In this document: in pieces, positions 38,301-50,460 of the stretch
Layout: each line of letters begins with the position of its first letter
Numbering within the stretch: the first letter of the stretch is position 1
DNA from: Epiperipatus broadwayi
Taxonomy: Eukaryota > Animalia > Onychophora
Reading direction: 5' to 3'
DNA: 64,000 nt
NCBI GenBank assembly: GCA_028023455.1
Contig: JAQFVV010000003.1
Coordinates: 28,024,001-28,088,000, forward strand
The notes under the pieces: generated by a model
The model's database searches: none
Seen by the model: only the letters and a program-made list of their open reading frames with translations
Told to the model about the DNA's origin: nothing
Made by a program: the position numbers and the translations under genes

Positions 38301-38885
38301 GTGGCTAGAGAGTGAGCAAAAACTGCAAACCTCTCTTACAATATTCCTCTAATACTGAAACAGTCAATCTGCTTTGCAGATTGAGCTTCATGGTTTATCC
38401 AACTAACCAACCAACAGGGTTTGAATTAACCCCACACGGTTAAATAATGTATATGTTATACATATATCAGCAGTGGGTACACATGCATGAATGTAATAAA
38501 TTTTATGCTAATATATTTAAAATCAATCATGTGTATGTGTAATATATATATACATGAAAGAAGGGGGGGGGGGTGTTTTATTATATGAAACAAATATTGT
38601 CAGTTTGTATGTATTATTTATTTCAATATATATATTTTATTTTTATATAAAAATATACCAAAATGGCGGAAAGGAAAATGCAATTGTTGAGAAGGTTCTG
38701 GAAAACATTCACTATTGAATTATACAAAAATGCATATAAGGATTTTACTTTAAGTAAAATTACTTGAAACTTTTACTAGTAACCTCTAATGGAAATTTTA
38801 CAGTGCAGGCCTTATTAATGTGCATCTTCTCAAAATGTAACATAAATGTATATCCTCGATAAAAAACAATGAGGTTAAGAAAGTC

Positions 38886-39480
38886 TGTTGGACATCGCCT
38901 TAGGAAGTTAACAAAAAGCATTCTCTAAATATTTCCGAATTAGTATAAATGGGGCTGAATTTAGTTATGAAAAAAAAAAAAGTTTTGTTCTGCAGTGTTG
39001 CTAACATATTCCATGCCAGTTTGAATTTTGAAATGTTGTTAGAAGGACCCAAGCCATCTTTCCTCAATCTCCGAGACCGTCTCCTTGCCATGACGCAACT
39101 TAGCTCCTACCATTCAAGAGTGCCCGAGCAGTTAGAGAAATGCAGAGGCCAAGAGGAAGGTTTTCTGCCTAAATTATAACTTGCCTGCCCAGAAATTAAA
39201 GAATGCTGCATCAAGACAGGATCCGTCCATGCCGTTGCCCCGGAGGATCATGAGGCAATACTTCAGAGTCGTCTTAGCTACCTGTCACTGATATATCAAT
39301 TAAATAATTAATCATAAGTTTCACACCTTCTTTCATTAATGCTTTATCTATTTTAACTCGCTGACCAGCAAGTACTTTAATATAACTCTATAACCTCTGT
39401 ATGTCGACTCTCTATAACTATAATTAAACATTCTGTAAACTTACTCATCCAACTCATGCTCATTATTATATATGTATTCA
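38886..39480. mobile_element. Possible solo LTR
   Basis: GC-richer island beginning TGTTGG and ending at a candidate CA with imperfect AGTC/AGTG flanks. Confidence 0.3.
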
Positions 39481-40961
39481 AGTGTGGCAGTAATTTATAG
39501 TCGTTAATATTTTTGTATTTTTCTTGATTTATAAAATGTATAACGCCTATCAATCAAACCCAATCTGACGAGCTTCATATCTGTTTTAATTCCGCTTGGA
39601 AAAGGGGGGCGGGGTTATTTCCAAAATAGCTTGTGAGGTTGAGTTATTTTTCTAACATGTGTTCATAATAATTTATAGCTAATTTGTTTAAATCTTATAA
39701 AAGTAATCTTCCAACCTGCGTGGACTTGGGTGTCAGTTTCATTTTATTAAGCTAAATTATATTTTTATAATCATTGTCAAAATGTAGGCGATCAATTAAT
39801 TTTATTTGCAGCGCTTTCAAGTGCGCTGACTCATATTATTAAACTAAAGGGAACTGATTATTGGAAAGTGGGGAAATCGTATGCTTTTTAGTTATAATTT
39901 TATTTGCTTATTAATTATTATTCTATATTATGTGGGTTATTATGTATACATATCATTATGAAATATATTCAACTATTTAAGGCTTTAATTTTTAATATCA
40001 AATAATTAATTTCATTATCGTCACATTGCTAGCATATGTCAGAATTAATTTATATTTCCTTGCTTTGTCATTTGGCATTGCCGAAGTTTCCCTATCTTTT
40101 TCGTATAATTGTTCAGAACAAGGGTATACAGATATGCCCTGGAACAAGCATGAGTTGCCGTACACCAGACCATAGCACCTTCCTACCTACCTCTCCATCA
40201 GGTATCGCTCTGCCAGAAGTGCAGGCATACCATCGCCAGTTAAAATAATGATGAAGCGCTCCATCGGCCAAAGATGCCGCATTCCTTTCCACTGTCATTT
40301 ATGCTAGTACCTCAACTCTCAAGCCCTTTTTAAATAAACCATTCCCATATCTATAAAATTTCGCTAGTTATTAGATATTGTTCAAATAAGTAAAATAAAT
40401 AATAAAACACTTGTTTTAGCAAACATGCAAATAGAAATGTATTCTTATCATATTTCATAAATAAAAGTAATAATCCTTTATAAATTTATGTATTATAATG
40501 CCAAAGGCACAAATGTAATAATTAAAATAGGGAAAACCCATCATTTTATATACATATAACTTTTTAATATGTAGAGCGTCCACCGACCACCCAGATAAAT
40601 AGCTTGTGTAAATATAAATAAAATATGATTTCCAAATTAAGTTAATCTATTAATACCGCACTTCATCTATATCAGTAATTCCATAAACAATTTGATTCCA
40701 TGATGAGATTTATTAACAAAATGTATTTACTTGTAAATAAATGAAAAATATATATGCGTGAAGTTGGTATATTTGTATCTAAACTTAATCCAGTGGGTTT
40801 GAATCATTAATTAATCTTATTGATATATATGTCTTAAATAGTCTTTCGGGTTCAATTAATATCTCATCTATCATCATCATCAAATAAAATCTCATGTAGT
40901 ATGCTGTAGCCCCGGGCCCAGAAATAAAGAATTTACGTTGTATCACTGCAGGTGTTGGCCG

Positions 40962-41088
40962 TAGTGTCATAGATTTGGGGAATGGGCATGACTGACCCTG
41001 ACCTGTGTATCTCGGACATGATTGGATTCAGGTACTTTTGCTCAGATTCTGAGTCTTGTTGGATGGACCTACATTTTCAACCGGTACA
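40962..41088 (-). repeat. Fragment homologous to the start of the 23216 LTR-like repeat
   Basis: The reverse complement begins TGTACCGG and shares GCAAAAGTACCT, GAATCCAATC and AGATACACAGGTCAGG. Confidence 0.7.
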
Positions 41089-41750
41089 ATATCAATCTAA
41101 TAAAAACCTAATATTGAACATTAATCTGCTTTTGATTGCATAACATACTTCCAAGATCTAAACACAATATAGAATTCAAAGCCAGGACAATTAGTAAAAT
41201 CCTTACAAAAACTATTCTAAAAATCTGATATAAAAGCAAAATAATTGCATTTTAAAATCAAATAAATCTAACAATAATTCAAAAAATTACCATCCAATCC
41301 GATTATATATTCCCTACAAATTATTTTTTTTACAAAAGCTTTTTGATTAATTTTTTACAGAAGTAATATAAATCAAAATTGTTTTATTTAAAATAGATAC
41401 ATTGCACATGCAGTGATAGTGGCAAGCAGATTCTACATTTCAAGATCAATGGATCATGATTCAATTGTCAGCTCTGATTTTTGCATTTCATTTGACTTCC
41501 AAAAAATCAGATTTAATATTTCTTGAAACGAGTTATTTCGAATATAGTTACTTTTTTTATTTTCATGGTCAATACTACAAAAAACTTTAAATGACACTAG
41601 CATTCATATAATTAGATGTTAATGACAAATATTATAAAAAGAGCATTATATATTAAATAAATATTTCATAATAATGTAAAAAAAATTGCTATTGATGATT
41701 TACTACAGAATGTTTGCTCAAAGTTTTAAATACTGTTTTATGATCTATAG

Positions 41751-42153
41751 CAGGGATGTCCAACAAGTCGATCCATTTTTGGTCAATCACGAGGCCAATC
41801 TGGCAAGAGCTGTCGGGTAACGAGTGAAACAAATTAAGTCAAGCAAGTTTTTTTGTTATTTTTGTTCTAAATTTTTTTCCAATTCTAGATAGGTGAAGTC
41901 CACTAAGATGTATCAAAATAATATTTTTAATCTTGATTTAATGTAGCTAATTTGAATTAATAAATATTGTTAATAATTACTCATTCCCCTGACATGAGTT
42001 TTTTGGCCCGTTAAATAAATATTTTTTACTAGATAGACAAAAATGGTACGTATTTCACACCTTCCTCCAATTAGACTACGCCTGACAAGTCGATCGCAAA
42101 ACATTTTTGAAATAAAAAGGAGATCTTATGAACACAAAAGTTGGCCACTCTTG
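41751..42153. mobile_element. hAT MITE (second family)
   Basis: TIRs CAGGGATGTCCAAC / GTTGGCCACTCTTG; near-TSD ATCTATAG / ATC-ATAG; subterminal CAAGTCGATC repeats. Confidence 0.7.
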
Positions 42154-42179
42154 ATCATAGCTTTTTTATAAAAACTCCC

Positions 42180-42720
42180 AACAAAAATATCTTTAAATGG
42201 TGAATGGATTTCAGGTGTGGAGTTTTTCTAATTTTTAAGATTTCTTGGTATCCAAGTTGTCCATCTACTGCCAGATCCAGTCCATTTTTATTGAAGCCTC
42301 TTAATTCTTTCAATGATGTCGGTTATTTTTTCATCCAGATATTTAGTTTTTAATCCTCCTTGTTATAATCAACATACATATCTACATATTTCAGTGTATG
42401 ACTAAAGATAACTATATTGATCTTTATTACACATCTAAGCACTAGATCCATACATAAGCATTGATAAACTTATTTCTTAAAAACATTCTTTTAAAGAAAT
42501 AAATACATTTCTTGAATTATTTAGAAAACATATCCACATGCATATGTATACTATTTCTAACAAATGCATTCCATTCACTTTTAATTCAATGACTAATTAA
42601 ATTCATTGTTTCCAACTGTTAATAATCTGACTAAGATATTTGTAGAGTTGTCAGTTATAATAATTCATTATCATAAGTCTATTTCTTTTTAAAAAGATAA
42701 TGAATATTATTTTAGCCCTT
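42180..42720 (-). mobile_element. Degenerate RTE 3' fragment
   Basis: Similar to 28950-29450 (RWTTWIPR-like region and RT C-terminus). Confidence 0.55.
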
Positions 42721-42826
42721 TTAGCATTTACTTTAAGTTCTACAAATTCACTGACAAATTAATAGTAATAAGTAGATTATAATGCTGAATTTTACAATAG
42801 TATTTATTTTTCAAGCCATTACTTAC

Positions 42827-42938
42827 TTCGTATCTGTAATCTCTTTCACGTTCTCTCCGTTCTCTTGGCACTCTGATTAAAGAACGATCTCTTCCTCGTT
42901 CTCGGTAGCGCTCCCGGGACCTCTCTCTCCGTCTGTCT
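42827..42938 (-). CDS. RBM5: RBM5/RBM10-like coding exon 3 (RE/RS-rich)
   Basis: TTACAG|A...GAA|GTAAGT; 112 nt, phase 2/0; DRRRERSRERYRERGRDRSLIRVPRERRERERDYRYE. Confidence 0.88.
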
Positions 42939-43503
42939 CTGTAATATAAAAAACTACGCACAAAGTCAAATTGCTTCTTTCATAAATAATAATAAAAATT
43001 TATTTAAAATAGCACATTAATATATGTGTTTATACCTACCTAGATTATTTAAATACTATACTACATCAACGAAAATTTTACTTTCCTTTAAAATATACTA
43101 TTTACAACCATAAAAAATTCAGCATTTTAACTTCAACCCTTATGCCAACAAAAGTGAGACTGTTTTCTAATAATCCAATCTTTTTATTCCAATAAAAGAA
43201 TTCAATTAAAATTAAGTAAATCTCAATTTTAATAACATATTTTAAAATGTATCTAATTTCACTTTCAAATTTGCATTTTCATATTTAAATTTACCTAATT
43301 TCACTCTCAAATTTGCATTTTGTAAAAGCAGCTGAATCAAAAAAATGAGATGTTTCAATAGGCCCTTGGTATGTGCCATGCCAATCTTTAATTTGTGTCA
43401 TTTTCTGAACTCTCATTATAGAAAGCTGAATAATTATCCTGAATTATATTTCTAGTGAAATTTTAGAAAGGTATTGAGAAAATATTAAACGTAATTATTG
43501 TGA

Positions 43504-44560
43504 AAACAGAGATAAAACTCTCCATACAGTAATGTCACTCAGTGCAAGCCAGAATAATGAGAAAGCAAGATGTGTGCATAAAATCCCTATCTAGTGCCCA
43601 TTAATTCAATACTCCCAGACTACTTTCTAGCTTGTTGCTTTCATCAGTGAGGAGCCTTAGATCTGTGAGTACTGCGCACCTAGATCTTAAGGATCTAATG
43701 CAACCCTCTAGCAGCCACCTTTTTAGTTAATCATAAAGAATAAAGCTAGGAGTTCAAAATTGAAAACAATAACATTTTCAATCCAAGCTCATTTAGTTGT
43801 ATAGTCACATAGATCTGAACTCAGTTCAGTATCTATATATTTTAGTGTCTTTAATATCCATATTCACCATTATTTTATTGAGCAGGATTGGTATTAAATC
43901 ACTAAACATCATATGATTACTATTTCTTATGCTTGCCAAAGTAGTTAAAAGGTTTGTGCATAAAATCCCTATCTAGTGCTTACTCATCAAATATCTCCAG
44001 TTTAGATTATAGCTTGTGGCTTTTCCATCAATGAAGAGCCTTTGATTAGATCTTAGAATCCAATGCAACCCTCTAGCCACCTTTTACCCTTTAGTTAACT
44101 ATAAAGCTACGAATCCAAAATTGAACAATATTTTCAATCCAAGCTCATTTGCTTGCATAGTCATATAGATCTGAATTCAAATTATACTAGCAAATCAGTT
44201 TGGATTGAAAATATGTTTTCAATTTTGGATTCGTAGCTTTATAGTTAACTAAAAAGGTAAAAGGTGACTGCAAGAGGTAGCATTGGATCCTAAGATCTAA
44301 GTGCAGTGCTCTCAGATCCAAAGCTCCTCACTGATGAAAGCCACAAGCTAGAAGCTAGTCTGGAATAGGGATTTTAGACACAAACCTTCTTGCAGCCATT
44401 GATTACTCTGGCTTGCACTGAGTGGCACTACTGTATGGCCCATTGTGCCTGTTTAAACAGCTTAAGCAAGCTAAGAAATAATGATCATGTGATGTTTAGT
44501 GGTTTAATGCAATTATTATAATTTAAGTTGAACTGTAAATAGAAAAAAATCAAGGTGAAT
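43504..44560. mobile_element. Cluster of three hammerhead-repeat copies: two head-to-tail on minus (B, C) and one inverted on plus (D)
   Basis: B core CTGATGA at 43647-43641; C decayed core at 44031-44025; D core at 44331-44337; inversion junction near 44190. Confidence 0.8.
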
Positions 44561-45315
44561 ATTTAATAAACCACTAGACTAATGAGTCATAGAATTAGCA
44601 TCACTGAAACGACAACTATGAATACAATAAAATTAATACCGTATTATACAAACCAAATATTTCTAATATAAATTTTACGTTGGATTAGAAAGCATTTCAA
44701 AGATTTTTAGGCTGACTGTGAAAAAGATATTTTCTATAAATAAATAAATACTTATATATCTCAAACAACTTTACTGTTTTCAATATGATGATCAACTATC
44801 AGTTTTATCATAAACAACCTTTAAAACCATGTTAAAAATATGCAGTCTACATATAGCCATCCATACAAAAAATTTTATGTGATCCTTTGAGGATTAAAAT
44901 AAACGCTAAAAGCAGAAATAAAAAAAGTTGATAGAAAAAGCTTTGTAGAAAATTATTTCTAAATTATTCACGTAAAATATATATAATTATTTCACACAAC
45001 AAAATACAAATTTCCATTAAATCAACTATTAGACTTTAATTAATAGTAAGGTGCCATGCATACTTCTAATGATAAGCGCTTTATAAACTAATAAAAAAAT
45101 ATTTTTTGACATCTAAAAAAAAGACTCAATACAGTTACAAATAACACAATCCCCTTTTAGGATTTTAACCTTTTTTAAGACTGATTATAAAAAATGTTTC
45201 TACATATTTCTCATTTGCTAAATAAATTCAATTTATTACTTATCTATTTTATTAGTTAAAAAGAAATTGCAAAATTTTAAATTTATTAACCGTAAACAAT
45301 TACTTATGTATATAC

Positions 45316-45712
45316 CAGTGGTCTTCAACCACCAGGCCGCAAAGTTTTTTGCTGGTCGTGCTAGACTGGCAAAAAGTTCGTAATAACAAAATAATAAGAT
45401 TTTAAACTTTTAATTAATATAAACAATTTTTATTTATTTTTTCATTGCACTTTTACCTGATTAAAAAAAAAGAAACAGAACAAAAACAAAATCTAATCAA
45501 TCATACATAAATTAAATTTTTTATTACTTTTCTAAAAAAATTCAAAATTTAAAAAAAAAGTTTTTATTATACAAACTCCATATATATATAACTTCATCTA
45601 AGGCTAAGTTTTTTACATCTTTAAGAAAATTTATCTATAGACTTCTGCCGGTCCGCGAAACCTTATCCTTAGTTTTCCCGGTCCACAGGAGTGAAAAGGT
45701 TGAAGACCACTG
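45316..45712. mobile_element. hAT MITE (family copy 2)
   Basis: TIRs CAGTGGTCTTCAACC / GGTTGAAGACCACTG; TSD GTATATAC / GTGTATAC. Confidence 0.9.
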
Positions 45713-45911
45713 GTGTATACATAGAATGATTAATTGCTAAATCATAATTAATCAAGTTGACAAAACGAAATTTATCAATCAGATATTTAAAAATATATTA
45801 ATATACTACATTCTTGATATTGTGTGGTATTGCTTAGGTATGGCTGCTTTCATATATTTACTATATTTATTGTATTAATAGTATAATAATAAAACAATAG
45901 CTAAAACTTAC

Positions 45912-46004
45912 TTTTCTCTATCTCTCTCTCTATCTCGTCTGCTGTCACTTAATCCTACACGAGGATCATACAATGGATCATCATCATAAGTTGAACCCAT
46001 ATCT
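45912..46004 (-). CDS. RBM5: RBM5/RBM10-like coding exon 2
   Basis: TTTTTCAG|AGAT ATG...AA|GTAAGT; 93 nt; DMGSTYDDDPLYDPRVGLSDSRRDRERDRE(K). The phase matches exon 3. Confidence 0.85.
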
Positions 46005-49000
46005 CTGAAAAATATAATTTGTCAATGTTCAAAAAAAAAAATTCACAGAAGCTACAATATAGTTTTTGATAAAATTTTAATTATCAATAAAAAAATATTG
46101 CAAGCTAGTTTGATGAAGGAATATTATGATATCATTACAATAAAATAAAAGTCAGTCCCTTAGGTGCAAATGATTGCACAAACTTCTATGTAATAGATTC
46201 AAGTTTTAAATAACAGATAGAGCCCCAAAGCAATTACACAATGCAAAACACTTAAGATCATTATAGAAATTGAGATTACAACTTAACTGTAAAGTTCACA
46301 TTTGTGCAAGTTCAACCAATGCAGTAACTAGTTTAGTTCAATTACTGATATTCAAAATATTTGGATTTTTTTTCTTTCTGGCAATTGTTCATGAATAGGT
46401 TTATTCTTTTAATCACATGATCACCATCTGCTGTGTGGAGAGTTTTGCCTGTTTATTCTTTTAGTGAAGTGCTTTCAAGAAACAAATGTCATCCATCTAC
46501 TTTTTCTTTCAGTTAATATTGAAATATGAACATCTTAATGAATTTTTATCACTGGAAATTCACTATTAATCACAATACAAATAAATGTTTTAGAAAGTAA
46601 TTCTTTCTCTGATAAAATAAATACAACATATAGCTCACTCAACATTTAACAGAAAAAAAATATTTCTGTAACTTAATAAGCCATTATTTTAGAATTGATT
46701 TTTCAAATTGTTAGATCTATAAGCTTATAGGAGTGTGTAGTGAAGAACATATGTTCGTCACATTTGCTGCACAATGTCAATTTCTCATCGATAGAAGACA
46801 AATTTTCAAAATTTTTCAGGTTGTTTCATACATAAAGAAGCATTAGATAATTTTTTATACAATATTTTGGGACAGTACCTTCTCAACATTTGACTGGCCA
46901 GTGAATGAAATTTACAAAAATGACTATATCCTTCATGAATTATGTGACAATCGTACCCATAAACTTTTGAAAATGAGCATCAGTAAAATTTTCATGGTAT
47001 AGCCATTAGTTTTTATAAAATACCTGTGTAACTTTGGCTCTAAGGCAATAACCTCACACATTAATCCCAAAAAAAAATCATACATTTCCATTATTTTCCC
47101 CATGGATCTCACATTTAATGTTAGTTACCCAATCCAAAAATATGCTAGTTTATTAACACATTCTTCTTCTCAAAATGAAAATTCTCCAGACATGCATAAA
47201 TTAGAGGGGAAAAAGGGCTAGCAAAAACATCACTTAGAAACATGAAACTGTTCTATAATTAGCAAAATCTGGAAATATTTTTTAATGAAATGGCAGGCCT
47301 TAAAAATATTTATTTAAAACCTACAAATTTAGCACCCATACTATTTCATTAACTGAATTCCAAAGAAAAAAAAATTTGCAAGTTAAATGAAGCAAATAAA
47401 TTACTTTTGGTGTTACAAGTTTTTGTCCTAAAAATAGTACTTCACAAACTTTTTAAAAATATTTAGTCACTTTTCTACATATTTCAGTTGTAGTCTCAAT
47501 ACTAAATCAATAAAAAATTTTACAAATTGTTTTTCTTTGTAATCAAAAAATATTGTAATTTATCGGTGATTAAAGTAATACTGCAAAAACTTGCAAATAT
47601 ACATTTTTCATTACTACTAACACAATATTATATGATTCCTTCAATTTACTTTAGTTTTATAAATAAGCAGTCTAGTGCCATTTATTGTAAGCTTGAGAAA
47701 TCAATGATTATCAGATGGGAATAACCAGGAAGAAAAGATACCTATAGTTAGAACTAAGACCAATTAAAATGGTTTCTGATCAGATGTCAGATCCATATAT
47801 AACAATATAAGCATGTTGGCTTGGATTTAGAACTTTAAAATTTTTACATTTTCATAGTATCAGCTTGATAGTACAAAAAAATAGTAATGGCTTGCAGATA
47901 CATAAATGCATTGTTTCCAGCCTGATATACCATGTTAGTCATTTATAGCCTAAAATATAATTAATAAATATTCAAGTACAACATAGTTGTTAAGTGTAGT
48001 TGTTTGAGGGTGGAGAGTTTTACTTTTTTTTTTAAAAAAAAAAAGAACAAAATCAATGAAATATAATCTTAGACGTTTTGGTAAGTAGTTTTTTTTTTTA
48101 ATGGAGAATTATAGTCAACCAGAAAATTTTCATGAAGTTTTTTGAATATGCTGTAATTTAAATTTAACATTTATATAAATATTGTGGAATAAATAAGTTC
48201 AATCTTAAGAAACAATTTAAGACTTGCTGCAGTAGTTTCACAGGCGATTATATAATTTTTCTTAAAATATAAATATTTTATGCATAGATACATTTTAAAA
48301 ATAAAAATAATAATTATTTGCATAATCACTCATAAAAATAGATTTTAAAATTGTTTAAATAGTTTACTATTTATTATAATTTTTTTATATAATGTATAAA
48401 TAACAGAAATAACTTACAAATTTATTTCGTTTCAGAAAAAAAACCAATATAATAAGGATATTTCAAATCCCTTATATGATGCATAAATTAAGCACACAGA
48501 AACAGTATAGTTCGAGACTTTGATAATCTTAAGCTAATTAAAACTATTTCAAAGTTGTATGCATTAGAATAGTTTGCTATCTATTTTATAGCAGTTACTC
48601 ATTACTATGACTTTGCAATATAAAATTCACTGACATCATGAAGTTAGAAAATAATTCGTATTTTTAGGACAGTTGCAATTAGTAAATTATCTAATAGGTT
48701 TAACAGTTGGGTTTGTAAGTCATTATTACTGCGCTTTCGTAAAACGTTGTGATAAACTCGGGCATAAGCAAAACAAATTGCTAATGTGAAATATGACCAT
48801 CACAGAATGCATAAATTGTATTCACGCTAACGACTTTAGTCTGACCTCGTGAGATTCTTCCTCTCCTGATATATAGTCTCTAAATAAATTGGCGTCATAG
48901 CAATAATTTCAAATAAATTATAGATACAGTTTTCCATTTTAATAGAAAAATACATCCTAAACCACAAAGTGACTCTTCTTCATTTATTAAAGTTTAGATA

Positions 49001-49216
49001 TATCTAAGTACTTTGGTAAGCTATCAGGTAATAAACTAAAGACAAGCATTTCTATTCCTGGTTGTTGTTATCCGTTTGAAAAAAAAATGCACAGACGAAA
49101 TTTCGAGAGAAATGTTATTCAAGTTCATTCCTTTAAAGTTACTACTTCCCATCCATAAAACATCAGAAAAACCATTCATTGCCTTACAGTAAATGCATAG
49201 AGGATAAACACCACGA

Positions 49217-49407
49217 CCTAAGATCTAGGTGCAGTGCTCTCAGATCCAAGGCTCCTCACTGACGAAGGCCACAAGTCAGAAACTAGTCTGGGGATATTGG
49301 ATGAATAGGCACTAGATGGGGATTTTATGCACAAGCCTTCTGGCATCCATTGATTACTCTAGCTTGCTGAGTGTGGCAATACGTATAGTGAGTTTTGCCT
49401 GTTTTAA
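49217..49407 (+). mobile_element. Hammerhead-bearing repeat, copy E (best-preserved ribozyme)
   Basis: Homologous to copies A-D; ends at CCTGTTTTAA. Confidence 0.8.
49253..49294 (+). ncRNA. Type I hammerhead ribozyme with minimal palindromic stem III
   Basis: TCCTCA-CTGACGA(49259-49265)-A-GGC-CACAA-GTC-A-GAAA(49279-49282)-CTAG-TC-TGGGGA; predicted cleavage after 49288. Confidence 0.7.
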
Positions 49408-50313
49408 TGTATAGAGGACTAAATCATATCTAACGTTAATTACAATTACAGATAATAAAATATATAAAAAAGAGCTTCTTACAATGTCTGAAACATTTTT
49501 TCTTCATAAAAATCTACAGCCACAAGTTTTCGGCTCACAAATTAAATTTAGCTTTAAGTCTGCAAAATATTAATTACGCAGTCAATACGTAATCTATACA
49601 CACCTTTCGACTATACTTTTAAGTAATTAACTACCTTTACAAATAAAAAAACACAAATATTATAATATATCGGCAGACTAAACGCATTTTTTAGAAATAA
49701 TGCGCAGCAGTTATTTCTTATATATAGACCGAACTAAATGATCAATATGAGTATTTCAAATTTTTCGGGGAAAAATAATTATATTCACAGGTTTGCTCAT
49801 CAAAATTTCTTTACCATTTTTTCTTACACAAATCCAGCACTACTATCAAAAGATGATTTAAGAAATAATCAGATTAATAAAATAATTTAAGTGAAAATCA
49901 AAACCGTAGACCATCTAGTGGATATAAAAATCACTTAAATAGAACAGCCAAGCTTATTTTATCGTTGGGTAAACGTTATTTAGGATTTAATATCTTCAAT
50001 ATTTTATATAAAAGTATTAAAAATTGACTGTTTTGGATTTTTTTTTTGACGTTATTTAAAATCATTTTAACTTTAAAAATATATTTATTAAACTGCATTA
50101 AAATTCAATTTCGCGCGGTTAATACAAAATTGATATATATTTAAGATTGTGTACTCAAGCAATTATAAACTAGAAAATTTCTTATGCCAATTTTTTTTAC
50201 TAATAGTAAAATGTCTTTTTTTTTTTTCAAGCACACAAAACATCACCATACTAATACAATTTCCGTTGACAAATAAAGAATAATTACTTTTCTTTTAAGA
50301 ATTAAAGTCATAC

Positions 50314-50324
50314 CTGTAATCCAT
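50314..50324 (-). CDS. RBM5: Putative first coding segment of the RBM5/RBM10-like gene
   Basis: ATG GAT TAC AG|GTATGA joins exon 2 in frame to give MDYRDMGS. Confidence 0.6.
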
Positions 50325-50460
50325 ATTTGATGAATAAAACGATAAAAAGCATAAAATTCTAGGGGGAAAAAATGGAATCTATATTCTTAAACTTCTTAGA
50401 AAACAACCAGAAAGCACTAAAATGGCGTCTTCAGAGAACACGAAAAATGTATATCTCGAT
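50325..50460 (-). promoter_or_regulatory. Putative 5' UTR/promoter-proximal region with a YY1-type motif
   Basis: AAAATGGCG at 50419-50427 (CGCCATTTT on the gene strand); CpG is more frequent in the flanking region. Confidence 0.45.

Noticed and set aside
38655-38760. CAAAATGGCGG motif with a short MAERKM ORF as a gene start
   Set aside because: Closes after about 35 codons with no splice donor support or recognisable product.
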